A stretch of 64,000 nucleotides of DNA from Myxococcota bacterium (GCA_041611735.1 JBFIML010000010.1:1-64000); one strand, 5' to 3'. Counted from the stretch's first letter, positions 19,213 to 28,502 are shown. Translations and numbers: made by a program. The notes: a model not told the origin generated them from the letters alone.

Positions 19213-19275
19213 GGTCTTCACCTCCGGGACCAACCATGCACCGGACCGGGCTCCCCGGCAAGCGGCGGGGCCGGC

Positions 19276-20067
19276 CTACCCGGCCGCCGGGGCGCGGGCC
19301 GCGTCGTTCAAGGACCAGTCGTAGTCGAAGTGGCGCAGGCGCAGGTCGGGGTGCTCCACGACCCAGGCCCGCGCGGGCTCCGGCAGATGGGGCGTCACGA
19401 AGGCGATCACCCCGCCAGCGCTCTCGAAGTCCTCTTCGAACCACTTGAAGATCCGGCTCAGCCACAAGACCCCGGCCTCGCGATCCAGACGTGCGCCCTT
19501 GCGGGGGTCGGCGAGCCAGCGTCGCAAGGCGTCGTCCAGCTGGGCGTCGAGCCGCTCGGCCCGAAACGGCTCCCGGCGCAGGGAAGGGCAGGAGGTGGCG
19601 GCGCAGACGATGGCCGCGTGGATGCGGGGCTCGCCCAGGGGACGCAGGATCTGGTGCTCGATCTCGTCGAGGCTGCGCGTCGAGCCGCCCACCACGCCGG
19701 CGGGCCGCTTCCAGACCGGCCGCAGCAGCGAGCCGATCGAACGGATGCTCTCCACCGGGTAGTGCTTGCGCACCATGTCGATGGCCAGGACGTTGTAGGC
19801 GTTGATCCAGAGCGCGAGCCGCTCGTCGCGGCCGGAGAGCGCGGCGAGGTCGGCCCGGGCGAGGCTCTCGAGGACCCGCGGCCAGTCGGCGTCCTGGCGG
19901 AGGCTGCGGTAGTCCACGCGGACGCCGGCCGGGTCGGTCACCGCCAGGGTGTGGCGCTCGAGGAGCTTCCCGTAGAGCGTCACGTCGAAAGCTCCCGCCC
20001 GCACCGGCCCGGTCGTCGCCACGGCCACCAGAAGCCCGAGCAGCAGGCGGGGACGTTGCTGACCCAT
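19276..20067 (-). CDS. DUF547 domain secreted protein
   Basis: ALWINAYN, SLDEIEHQILR, PRIHAAIVCAATSCP, SRIFKWFEEDF and YDWSLN motifs. Confidence 0.92.
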   Translation of the reverse strand: MGQQRPRLLLGLLVAVATTGPVRAGAFDVTLYGKLLERHTLAVTDPAGVRVDYRSLRQDADWPRVLESLARADLAALSGRDERLALWINAYNVLAIDMVRKHYPVESIRSIGSLLRPVWKRPAGVVGGSTRSLDEIEHQILRPLGEPRIHAAIVCAATSCPSLRREPFRAERLDAQLDDALRRWLADPRKGARLDREAGVLWLSRIFKWFEEDFESAGGVIAFVTPHLPEPARAWVVEHPDLRLRHFDYDWSLNDAARAPAAG

Positions 20068-20107
20068 TGGCTCCTTGTTCCGTGTCCGGCCACGACGATT
20101 CTCGATG

Positions 20108-20131
20108 AGGCAATCGGTCAAGAACGTCCCC
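20108..20131 (-). repeat. Solo copy of the dispersed repeat overlapping the DUF1295 stop
   Basis: AGGCAATCGGTCAAGAACGTCCCC is 21/24 identical to 15013-15036. Confidence 0.65.
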
Positions 20132-20900
20132 CTCGCGGACCGGGGAAGAAGGCGTTGGTGGTCTCCACGTAGCGACGGTAGCCGGGGCGCCGCTCCGCGA
20201 TGTCCTTCTCGAGCAGCGTGACTCCCGAGACCCGCAGCAGGAGGAAGCTCATCAGCAGGGGCCCCGGCAGGCTCCACCAGCCGCCCGCACCCAGGGCCAG
20301 CAGGAAGAATCCCCACCACACGCAGAAGTCTCCGAAGTAGTTGGGATGACGCGTGTAGCCCCACAGCCCCCGGTCCATCACGCGGCCGGCATGGGCCGGA
20401 TCCGCCTTGAAGCGTGCGAGCTGGAAGTCGCCCAGGGTCTCGAAGCAGAAGCCCACCCCCCAGAGCGCGACGCCGAGCCCATCCAGCACGCCGACGGGCG
20501 CGCGCCCGTCCACGGCGGCGAGCAGCGGCAACGAGATGATCCAGGCCAGGAGCGCCTGGAAGCCGAAGACCGTGGCGAGGCTCGTGACCGCGAAGCGCGG
20601 CCCCTGCCGACGACGCATGGCCGCGTACCGACGGTCCTCGGGCTCGCCCCAGCCCCGCCAGACGAGGTAGCCCGAGAGGCGCAGGGCCCAGATCGCCACC
20701 AGGGCGAGGATCAGGCCCGTGCGGGCACCCGCAGGGGCGGGCGTCGCGCTCCGATAGATCCCCGCGGCCACCAGGAACAGCAGCGGCCAGACGGGATCCA
20801 CGATGCTCACGTCGCGCTTCACCAGGCTCACGAGCCAGGTGGCGAGCATCACGATGGCGAGGGCGCCGAGCCCCCAGAGCCAGGCTTCCCCGGAGAACAT
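20118..20900 (-). CDS. DUF1295 (steroid 5-alpha-reductase-like) membrane protein
   Basis: SIVDPVW, EDRRY, GLWGYTRHPNYFGD and NAFFPG motifs. Confidence 0.9.
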   Translation of the reverse strand: MFSGEAWLWGLGALAIVMLATWLVSLVKRDVSIVDPVWPLLFLVAAGIYRSATPAPAGARTGLILALVAIWALRLSGYLVWRGWGEPEDRRYAAMRRRQGPRFAVTSLATVFGFQALLAWIISLPLLAAVDGRAPVGVLDGLGVALWGVGFCFETLGDFQLARFKADPAHAGRVMDRGLWGYTRHPNYFGDFCVWWGFFLLALGAGGWWSLPGPLLMSFLLLRVSGVTLLEKDIAERRPGYRRYVETTNAFFPGPRGGRS

Positions 20901-21006
20901 GCCAGGCCGCTCCCGATGCGGCACGGTAGCAGCGGTGCGCCCGGCGGTTGGCTGCGTAACCCGCCGGCCGCTGCGGCATCGGACAGCGATGCGAGGAGGT
21001 GACGCC

Positions 21007-21774
21007 TTGCCCGAGTCCCTGGAGCGCGGACACGCCGTGCAGCAGCCCCGCCCGACCTCGGGCCTGACCTTCCGCCGGGTCGCGCTGGCCCTGGTCGTGC
21101 TCCTGGCGCTCGTCGCCCTGGGGCGCATGCTCGGCGGGGAGATCCCGCGCTTCGCCGCCTGGGTGGACGGCCTCGGCTTCTGGGGTCCGCTGGTGTTCGT
21201 GTTCGGCTACGCCGTCGCCGTGGTCGCCTTCGCTCCGGGCTCCCTGCTCACCCTGGCCGCGGGAGCGATCTTCGGCCTGCTGGAGGGCACCCTGTACGTC
21301 TTCGTGGCGGCAACGCTCGGGGCCAGCGCCGCCTTCCTGGTTGCGCGCCACGCAGCGCGGCGCCTGGTGGAACGCCGCCTGGCGGGCAATCCTCGCTTCG
21401 ACGCCATCGACCGGGCGGTGGGGCGGGAGGGCCGCAAGATCGTGCTGCTGCTGCGCCTCTCGCCGGTATTCCCCTTCAACCTGCTCAACTACGCCCTCGG
21501 CCTGACGAACGTCCGCTTCGTGGACTACTTCGTGGCCTCCGTGGGCATGCTGCCCGGGACGCTCCTCTACGTGTACTACGGCAAGCTCGCCGGGGACGTG
21601 GCCTCGCTGGCCGGCGGGGCTTCCGTCCAGAGGGGAGCGCCCTACTGGGCCGTGCTCGTGCTGGGCCTGGTGGCGACCCTGGTGGTGACCACCATCGTGA
21701 CGCGCATCGCCCGGCGCGCACTGCGCGAGGCGACCGACCCCGCGCCTCCCGGGCGACGAGGAGGCTTTGCATGA
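21007..21774 (+). CDS. TVP38/TMEM64 (DedA/VTT) membrane protein
   Basis: PGSLLTLAAGAIFG and LLRLSPVFPFNLLNYALG; GGAGGTGA RBS before TTG 21007. Confidence 0.9.
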   Translation: MPESLERGHAVQQPRPTSGLTFRRVALALVVLLALVALGRMLGGEIPRFAAWVDGLGFWGPLVFVFGYAVAVVAFAPGSLLTLAAGAIFGLLEGTLYVFVAATLGASAAFLVARHAARRLVERRLAGNPRFDAIDRAVGREGRKIVLLLRLSPVFPFNLLNYALGLTNVRFVDYFVASVGMLPGTLLYVYYGKLAGDVASLAGGASVQRGAPYWAVLVLGLVATLVVTTIVTRIARRALREATDPAPPGRRGGFA

Positions 21775-23294
21775 CGACCGTTCGTGTGCCGCCCGAGGAC
21801 GAGTACAACGCGACCCTGGTGGCCAACGTCCACCCGCCCGACTGGCGCAACCCGGAGCCCGCGGGCCGCTACAACCTGGTGGTGCTGGGCGCCGGCACCG
21901 CTGGCCTCGTGACGGCGGCCGTGTCCGCGAGCCTCGGAGCGAGGGTCGCGCTGGTTGAGCGCCATCTCCTGGGGGGCGACTGCCTGAACGTGGGCTGCGT
22001 CCCCTCCAAGGCCGTGATCCGCTCGGGACGACGCGTTGCCGAGGCGCGCGCGGCGGAGGAGCTGGGCCTCGCACCGCCCTCCGACGCGGAGCCGGACTTC
22101 GCCGCCGCCATGCGCCGCATGCGGCGCGTGCGGGCCCAGATCAGCCACGAGGACGCCGTCGCCCGCTACGCGCGCGAGTTCGGCGTGGACGTCTACCTGG
22201 GCGAGGGCCGCTTCGTGGGTCCGGACGTGGTCCAGGTGGACGGCTGCAAGCTGCGCTTCGCCCGGGCCGTGATCGCCACCGGCGGCCGCCCCGTGGCGCC
22301 ACCCATCGAAGGGCTCGAGCAGGCGGGCTACCTGACCAACGAGACGCTCTTCGAGCTCACCGAGCGGCCGCGGCGCCTGGCGGTGATCGGGGGCGGCCCC
22401 ATCGGCTGCGAGATGGCCCAGGCCTTCCGGCGCCTGGGGAGCGAGGTGGTGCTCTTCGAGCAGACCGGACACATCCTCGTGCGCGAGGATCCGGACGCGG
22501 CCGCCATCGTGCAGCGGGCCTTCCTCCGCGAGGGGATCCAGCTCGTGCTGGAGAGCCGGGTGAACAAGGTCGAGCGCAAGGGCGACGAGAAGGTGGTCCA
22601 CTTCGCCCGCAACGGGATGGCTGCCGAGGCGCTCCCCTTCGACGCGCTCCTGATCTCGGCCGGCCGGCGGCCCAACGTGGAGGACCTCGGCCTCGAGGCG
22701 GCGGGAGTGGCCTACGAGCCGCGCCGGGGAGTGCGCGTGGACGACCGCCTCCGCACCAGCAACCGGAACGTCTACGCCGCCGGTGACGTGTGCATGGACT
22801 GGAAGTTCACCCATGCTGCCGACGCGGCGGCGAAGATCGTGGTGCAGAATGCCCTCTTCTTCGGGCGCAAACGGCTGTCCAACCTGGTCATGCCCTGGTG
22901 CACCTACACGGAGCCGGAGATCGCCCACGTGGGTCTCTACGCCCGCGACGCCGAGGCGCGCGGGATCGAGTACCAGAGCCTGCTGATCCCGCTCTCCCAG
23001 AACAACCGGGCGGTGGCCGACGGGGCCGAGGACGGTCTCGTGAAGCTGCACCTCAAGCGGGGTACCGACCGCATCCTCGGCGGCACCGTGGTCGCCGCGC
23101 ACGCGGGCGAGATGATCAGTCAGGTGACGCTCGCGATGGTGGGGAAGCTCGGTCTCTCCACGCTGCTGAACGTGATCTATCCCTACCCGACCCAGTCCGA
23201 GGCCATCAAGCGGGCGGCGGGCGAGCACGCGCGCTCGCGCCTCACGCCCGGCGTGAAGCGCCTGCTCGGCGCCTGGATGCGCTGGCGGCGCTAG
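21771..23294 (+). CDS. Pyridine nucleotide-disulfide oxidoreductase (MerA/Lpd-like, without the MerA C-terminal Cys pair)
   Basis: GAGTAG, GGDCLNVGCVPSK, GGGPIG, YAAGD and YPTQSE; ATGA overlap with the DedA gene. Confidence 0.9.
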   Translation: MTTVRVPPEDEYNATLVANVHPPDWRNPEPAGRYNLVVLGAGTAGLVTAAVSASLGARVALVERHLLGGDCLNVGCVPSKAVIRSGRRVAEARAAEELGLAPPSDAEPDFAAAMRRMRRVRAQISHEDAVARYAREFGVDVYLGEGRFVGPDVVQVDGCKLRFARAVIATGGRPVAPPIEGLEQAGYLTNETLFELTERPRRLAVIGGGPIGCEMAQAFRRLGSEVVLFEQTGHILVREDPDAAAIVQRAFLREGIQLVLESRVNKVERKGDEKVVHFARNGMAAEALPFDALLISAGRRPNVEDLGLEAAGVAYEPRRGVRVDDRLRTSNRNVYAAGDVCMDWKFTHAADAAAKIVVQNALFFGRKRLSNLVMPWCTYTEPEIAHVGLYARDAEARGIEYQSLLIPLSQNNRAVADGAEDGLVKLHLKRGTDRILGGTVVAAHAGEMISQVTLAMVGKLGLSTLLNVIYPYPTQSEAIKRAAGEHARSRLTPGVKRLLGAWMRWRR

Positions 23295-23380
23295 CCGAGC
23301 TTGCGATGGCCGGCCCGGGCCGGGCTCGGTAGGATGCCTTCGGGCGCACGCGCGCCTGGCAACCTGAGGAGGACCCCCCC

Positions 23381-23632
23381 ATGGGCATCCTGAGCTGGAT
23401 CCTGCTCGGACTCGTCGTGGGTGCGCTGGCCAAGCTCATCATGCCCGGCAACGATCCGGGCGGGATCGTCGTCACCATCGCCATCGGGATCGCGGGCGCC
23501 CTGCTCGGCGGCTACCTGGGCGCCACGATCGGGATCGGAACCGTGACCGGCTTCGACCTGCGCAGCGTGTTCATCGCCGTGGGCGGCGCGCTCGTCCTGC
23601 TGATCGGCTACCGGCAGATCCGACGCGGCTGA
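23381..23632 (+). CDS. GlsB/YeaQ/YmgE (transglycosylase-associated) membrane protein
   Basis: WILLGLVVGALAKLIMPG...IGIAGALLGG; RBS GAGGAGG. Confidence 0.92.
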   Translation: MGILSWILLGLVVGALAKLIMPGNDPGGIVVTIAIGIAGALLGGYLGATIGIGTVTGFDLRSVFIAVGGALVLLIGYRQIRRG

Positions 23633-23648
23633 GCCGCGTCCGGGGCCC

Positions 23649-23963
23649 TCACCCTGCGCAGCACGGACAGAGCTGGCGCAGACGGCGGAAGGGGTAGATC
23701 CCGGTGCTGTGGCCATCGCTCCAGTCGATCTGGATCGCGTAGCGTCCCACCGGCCGGATCGCGAGCGGGTGCACGTCCTCGGGCACCGCGGACGGGTCGA
23801 GGCGCTCCGCGCCCGTCCACTCGTCCACGCACTGGGCGCAGGCACAGGCCAGGCGCAGCTCGCGCACGCAGTAGATGCTCTCGTGACCGTCCGCCCAGCC
23901 GACCGCGAGCTCCCGCGGCCCCTGCTGGCGCATCCGGATCGGTGTGACGGCGTCCTCGTCCAC
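23649..23963 (-). CDS. DUF971 / GBBH-like N-terminal domain protein
   Basis: WADGH, LRLACACAQC and VGRYAIQIDWSDGHSTGIY motifs. Confidence 0.88.
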   Translation of the reverse strand: MDEDAVTPIRMRQQGPRELAVGWADGHESIYCVRELRLACACAQCVDEWTGAERLDPSAVPEDVHPLAIRPVGRYAIQIDWSDGHSTGIYPFRRLRQLCPCCAG

Positions 23964-24024
23964 GGGCTCCGGCGCAGCGTAGCCCGACGCTCCGGGGAGT
24001 TCGCTACGCTCCTCCGGGCAGCCC

Positions 24025-24705
24025 ATGAAGGCGAACGCGATCGCAATCCTCGGCGGCACGGGCGACCAGGGGCTCGGCCTCGCCCTGCGCTTCGCCCAGG
24101 CGGGCCGGCCGGTGGTGATCGGCTCGCGCCGGGAGGAGCGGGCCCAGGCCGCTGCCCGGGAGGTACGCGAGGCCGTGGCCGGAGCCCACGTGGAGGGACT
24201 CCTGAACGCGGACGCGGCCGGGAAGGCGCGCCTCGTCATCCTCTCGCTGCCCTTCGAGCATACGGCGGCCACCGTCAAGGACTTGCGGGAAGTCCTGGCA
24301 GCCGGGCAGATCCTGGTCTCCATGGGGGTGCCCCTGGCCACGGCGATCGGGGACGGGGCGGTGCGCACCCTGGGCGTGTGGCAGGGATCCTGCGCGGAGC
24401 TCATCGCGAGCCTCGCGCCCCCGGGCGTGCATGTGGTGTCGGCCTTCCAGAACGTGTCGGCCCACCGGCTGCGGGACCTCGCGCACCCCGTGGAGTGCGA
24501 CGTCCTGGTCTCGGGCGCGCCCGAGCCGCGCCGGGCCGTCATGGCCCTCTGCGAGCTGGTGCCGGGCCTGCGGGCCGTGAATGGCGGCTCCCTGGCCAAT
24601 GCCCGCATCGTGGAGGCGCTGACGGCGCTCCTGATCGGCCTCAACGCCCGCTACAAGGTTCCCGAGGGCGCGGGCATCCGCTTCACCGGCCTGCCGCTGG
24701 CTTGA
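24025..24705 (+). CDS. npdG: NADPH-dependent F420 reductase
   Basis: ILGGTGDQGLGLA.R, IGSR, GSCAE, VVSAFQNVSA, NARIVEALTALLI and GIRFTG motifs. Confidence 0.85.
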   Translation: MKANAIAILGGTGDQGLGLALRFAQAGRPVVIGSRREERAQAAAREVREAVAGAHVEGLLNADAAGKARLVILSLPFEHTAATVKDLREVLAAGQILVSMGVPLATAIGDGAVRTLGVWQGSCAELIASLAPPGVHVVSAFQNVSAHRLRDLAHPVECDVLVSGAPEPRRAVMALCELVPGLRAVNGGSLANARIVEALTALLIGLNARYKVPEGAGIRFTGLPLA

Positions 24706-24823
24706 CGCACCGCGTTTACGCGATGCGTAAAACCGCCTGGCACGGGCACTTGCGCGGGCCCCTCCGGGTCGGCTTGCGGCCGGCGGATTGCCTGGGGCGT
24801 CCTCCCCCCGTCGGGTGCTGGAG

Positions 24824-24871
24824 ATACGAGGCCTTGTAGCTGTCCTTGCCGACCAGCCCAACATTTTGAGT
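24824..24871 (+). promoter_or_regulatory. Tandem NrdR-box-like operators upstream of nrdJ
   Basis: GCCCAACATTTTGAGT (24856-24871) fits acaCwAtATaTwGtgt. A weaker box ATACGAGGCCTTGTAG lies 32 bp upstream; TTGACG -35 at 24879-24884. Confidence 0.65.
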
Positions 24872-25149
24872 TTTTAGGTTGACGGCAATCCGGGCCCGGC
24901 GTTATCTCGTGCATCACGGGGATGTGAACGGCCCTCCGGCGGCTTGGGGGGGTTCCAAGGCGGTCGCCGGGAGGTTGCGGGCTTGAGTCGGGAAGGAGGA
25001 CCCGCTCCGGCTCGGGAGGCCCTGGGGCGTACCTGGGGCCTCCCTTCCCTCCCCAATACGACGCTGCTGCCCTCCACGCCCGGGTCTGCTCTCCCCCGAC
25101 ATTCTCGAATCGCTGCCGCGAGCCAACATCCAAGCCATCGGGAGGCACA

Positions 25150-27936
25150 GTGAGCGAGCTGGAAGGAACGTCGACCAGGGGCCAGCAGGATCGCCGTGCG
25201 CCGCGGCTGCGCGCCGTGGGCGAGAGCCGCAAGGGACGCGCGCCCCTGGGTGTCGAGATCCCCCGTCACTTCACTCGGGCCGGGCAAGACCCCTTCGCGT
25301 GCGTCGAGTGGGAGCGGCGCACCGCACGCATCGCCAACGAGCGCGGTGAGGTGGTCTTCGAGCAGACCGACGTGGAGGTGCCGAAGGGCTGGTCGCAGCT
25401 GGCCACGAACGTCGTCGTGTCCAAGTACTTCCGCGGACACGTGGGAACGCCGGAACGCGAGCACAGCGTGAAGCAGCTGGTGGGACGCGTGGTGCGCACA
25501 CTGCACGAGTGGGGTGTCCGCTCCGGCTATTTCCGCAGCGCCGCGGACGGCGAGGCTTTCCGGGACGAGCTCGTCTACGTCCTGCTCCAGCAGATGGCGT
25601 GCTTCAACAGCCCGGTCTGGTTCAACCTGGGCGTACCGGACACGCCCCAGCAGGCGAGCGCGTGCTTCATCAACTCGGTGGAAGACACCATGGACTCGAT
25701 CATGGAGCTGGCGAAGACCGAGGCCCTGCTCTTCAAGGGCGGGTCGGGAACGGGCTCCAACCTGTCGAGGATCCGCTCCTCGCGCGAGAACCTGTCGGGC
25801 GGCGGCGTGGCCTCGGGCCCCGTGTCCTTCATGCGCGGCTTCGATGCCTTCGCCGGCGTGATCAAGTCGGGCGGAAAGACCCGGCGCGCGGCGAAGATGG
25901 TGATCCTGAACGTCGAGCATCCGGACATTCTCGATTTCGTCCGCAGCAAGGCCGAGGAGGAGCGCAAGGCGGCCTCCCTGATCGACGCCGGCTACGACGG
26001 CGGCTTCAACGTGCCGGGCGGAGCCTACGACTCGATCTTCTTCCAGAACGCCAATCACTCGGTGCGCGTGACCGACTCGTTCATGCGGGCCGCTTTGGAG
26101 GACCGCTCCTGGGAGACGCGCGCCGTGACCACCGGCGCCGTGGTGGACACCCATCGCGCCCGCGAGCTGCTGCGCGAGATGGCCGACGCCGCCCACGGCT
26201 GCGGCGATCCGGGCATCCAGTACGACACCACCATCAACCGCTGGAATCCCTGCAAGGCGTCCGGGCGCATCAACGCGAGCAATCCGTGCTCCGAGTACAT
26301 GTTCCTGGACGACACGGCCTGCAACCTGGCCAGCCTGAACCTGATGAAGTTCGTGGACGAGCAGGGACGCTTCGACGTGGAGGGATTCCGGCGCACCGTG
26401 GCCGTGGTCTTCCTCGCCCAGGAGATCATCGTCGACCACGCCGCCTACCCGACACCCCGCATCGCCCGCAACAGCCATCTGTTCCGGCCCATCGGGCTCG
26501 GCTACGCCAACCTGGGGGCGCTGCTGATGGCCTTGGGGCTGCCCTACGACAGCGCCGAAGGCCGCAATCTGTCGGCCTGCGTGACGGCGCTCATGTGCGG
26601 CCAGGCGTACCTGACCAGTGCGGAGATCGCCCGGGCCATGGGGCCCTTCCCGCGCTACCGCATGAACCGCAAGCCCTTCCTCGAGGTGGTGGGCATGCAC
26701 AAGGCGGCGGCGGAGGCGGTCCCCGCCGCCGGGGTGCCCCAGGCCCTGAGACAGGCCGCTTGCGAGGTGTGGGCGTCGGCGCTCGAGACGGGTCGCCGCT
26801 TCGGCTTCAAGAACGCGCAGGCCACCGTGCTGGCGCCCACCGGCACCATCGCCTTCATGATGGACTGCGACACCACCGGCGTGGAGCCGGACATCGCCCT
26901 CGTCAAGTACAAGAAGCTGGTCGGGGGCGGTCTGCTGAAGATCGTGAACCGCACCGTACCCATGGCCCTGCGCCGGCTCGGCTACGCGGAGGCGCAGGTC
27001 GAGGAGATCGTCCGCTACGTGGACGAGTATGAGACCATCGAAGGGGCTCCCCATCTGGAGGAGGAGCACCTGGCCGTCTTCGACTGCGCCTTCCGCCCGG
27101 CAAAGGGCGAGCGCTCGATCCACTGGATGGGCCACCTGCGGATGATGGGGGCCGTGCAGCCGTTCCTGTCCGGGGCGATCAGCAAGACGGTCAACCTGCC
27201 CGAGGACGCGTCGGTCGAGGACGTCATGACCGCCTACGTGGAGGGCGCCAGGCTCGGCCTGAAGGCCCTGGCCGTCTACCGGGACGGGTGCAAGCTGTCG
27301 CAGCCGCTGAACACGGGCAAGGAGAAGCGGCCGGCCCTGCTCGAGGAGGTGCGGCCGGTGCGGCGCAAGCTGCCGGACGAGCGCCGCGCCCTCACCCACA
27401 AGTTCTCCATCGCGGGCCACGAAGGCTACCTGACGGTGGGCCAGTACGAGGACGGGAGCCCCGGCGAGATCTTCCTGCGCATGGCCAAGGAGGGGAGCAC
27501 GGTCTCCGGACTGATGGACACGATCGCGACCATGACTTCGATCGCGCTCCAGTACGGGGTGCCGCTCAAGGCGCTGACCGACAAGTTCAGCCACACGCGC
27601 TTCGAGCCGGCGGGCTTCACCAACAACCGGGAGATCCCCTTCGCCAAGTCGGTGACGGACTACGTGTTCCGCTACCTGGCGAGCCGTTTCCTGACCGAGG
27701 AGACCCCGGTGCCCGACGAGCAGGAGACCCAGGCCGAGACGGCGGGACTCTTGCCGGCGCGGGAGCACGCACCGCGCCCGGCCGTGGCCGGCGGGTCCGG
27801 TGCCGATGCGCGCACGGGCTACGGCTTCGTGAACCAGGCCGACGCGCCGTCGTGCAGCGATTGCGGCGCGATCATGGTGCGCAACGGTGCCTGCTACAAG
27901 TGCCCGAACTGCGGCGGCACGAGCGGCTGCAGCTAA
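25150..27936 (+). CDS. nrdJ: Class II (adenosylcobalamin-dependent) ribonucleotide reductase with C-terminal TSCPD-like and Zn-ribbon domains
   Basis: FNSPVWFN, SACFI, GKTRRAAKM, SNPCSEY, APTGT and ISKTVN; terminal CxxC..CxxC..GCS. Confidence 0.96.
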   Translation: MSELEGTSTRGQQDRRAPRLRAVGESRKGRAPLGVEIPRHFTRAGQDPFACVEWERRTARIANERGEVVFEQTDVEVPKGWSQLATNVVVSKYFRGHVGTPEREHSVKQLVGRVVRTLHEWGVRSGYFRSAADGEAFRDELVYVLLQQMACFNSPVWFNLGVPDTPQQASACFINSVEDTMDSIMELAKTEALLFKGGSGTGSNLSRIRSSRENLSGGGVASGPVSFMRGFDAFAGVIKSGGKTRRAAKMVILNVEHPDILDFVRSKAEEERKAASLIDAGYDGGFNVPGGAYDSIFFQNANHSVRVTDSFMRAALEDRSWETRAVTTGAVVDTHRARELLREMADAAHGCGDPGIQYDTTINRWNPCKASGRINASNPCSEYMFLDDTACNLASLNLMKFVDEQGRFDVEGFRRTVAVVFLAQEIIVDHAAYPTPRIARNSHLFRPIGLGYANLGALLMALGLPYDSAEGRNLSACVTALMCGQAYLTSAEIARAMGPFPRYRMNRKPFLEVVGMHKAAAEAVPAAGVPQALRQAACEVWASALETGRRFGFKNAQATVLAPTGTIAFMMDCDTTGVEPDIALVKYKKLVGGGLLKIVNRTVPMALRRLGYAEAQVEEIVRYVDEYETIEGAPHLEEEHLAVFDCAFRPAKGERSIHWMGHLRMMGAVQPFLSGAISKTVNLPEDASVEDVMTAYVEGARLGLKALAVYRDGCKLSQPLNTGKEKRPALLEEVRPVRRKLPDERRALTHKFSIAGHEGYLTVGQYEDGSPGEIFLRMAKEGSTVSGLMDTIATMTSIALQYGVPLKALTDKFSHTRFEPAGFTNNREIPFAKSVTDYVFRYLASRFLTEETPVPDEQETQAETAGLLPAREHAPRPAVAGGSGADARTGYGFVNQADAPSCSDCGAIMVRNGACYKCPNCGGTSGCS

Positions 27937-27992
27937 GCGGGCGCCGGGAGACTTCTAGGCGGCGTCTTGCAGGGGGGGTAAGGCGCCGCTGG

Positions 27993-28048
27993 AGCGCGGA
28001 GATTCCCCGTCCTCAGCCCACCGGGCTCTGGATGGGGGTCTCCGCGCT
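27993..28048. terminator. Long stem-loop between convergent genes, probable terminator
   Basis: Perfect 10-bp outer stem AGCGCGGAGA/TCTCCGCGCT plus inner TCCCCGTCC/GGATGGGGG and AGCCC/GGGCT. Confidence 0.55.
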
Positions 28049-28100
28049 CTTCGTCTGGGCCGGGCTCGCCTCGTGATGGTCCAGGGACCGGGGTACGGGC

Positions 28101-28502
28101 TCAGTAGACCCAGCGCCCGCCTTGATAACGGAAGATCTCGGTGACGGGGGTGACCGCCGATACCGCGCAGCCCTGGCCGCGGGCCTCCGCGCAGCGGTAC
28201 TGGTGCTCCCGGTAGCGCAGGATCCCCACGTAGGGAGCGACGGCATGCCCGGTCGGCCGCAGCTCGATCTCGTAGTCCGTGCCGTAGTCCCGGTAGGAGA
28301 CGGCGTTGAGGGCCCGCTGCTGCTTCTCCGCAGCGCGCAGCTTGATCATCCACTGCTGCGCGAAGCTCTCGAAGGAGCTGCGGGCCTTCGTGTTCTGGGA
28401 GGCGATCGCGGCGGGAGCCTCGGCTTGGGACGGGAGCGCGGGCAGGGCAAGGACGGCGATGACCAGGGACGCTGCCAGGAGGCGGGTGACGAGCAGGCGC
28501 AT
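28101..28502 (-). CDS. Hypothetical secreted protein
   Basis: Signal peptide, GGAGGG RBS, high-GC3 codons, ends TEIFRYQGGRWVY. Confidence 0.75.
   Translation of the reverse strand: MRLLVTRLLAASLVIAVLALPALPSQAEAPAAIASQNTKARSSFESFAQQWMIKLRAAEKQQRALNAVSYRDYGTDYEIELRPTGHAVAPYVGILRYREHQYRCAEARGQGCAVSAVTPVTEIFRYQGGRWVY

Noticed and set aside
21771-23294. Mercuric reductase / mer operon
   Set aside because: No C-terminal Cys-Cys, no NmerA domain, and no merR, merT or merP neighbours.
24738-24753. sigma54-like TGGCAC...TTGC upstream of nrdJ
   Set aside because: Spacing is GG-N11-GC, one base too long for the strict -24/-12 geometry.
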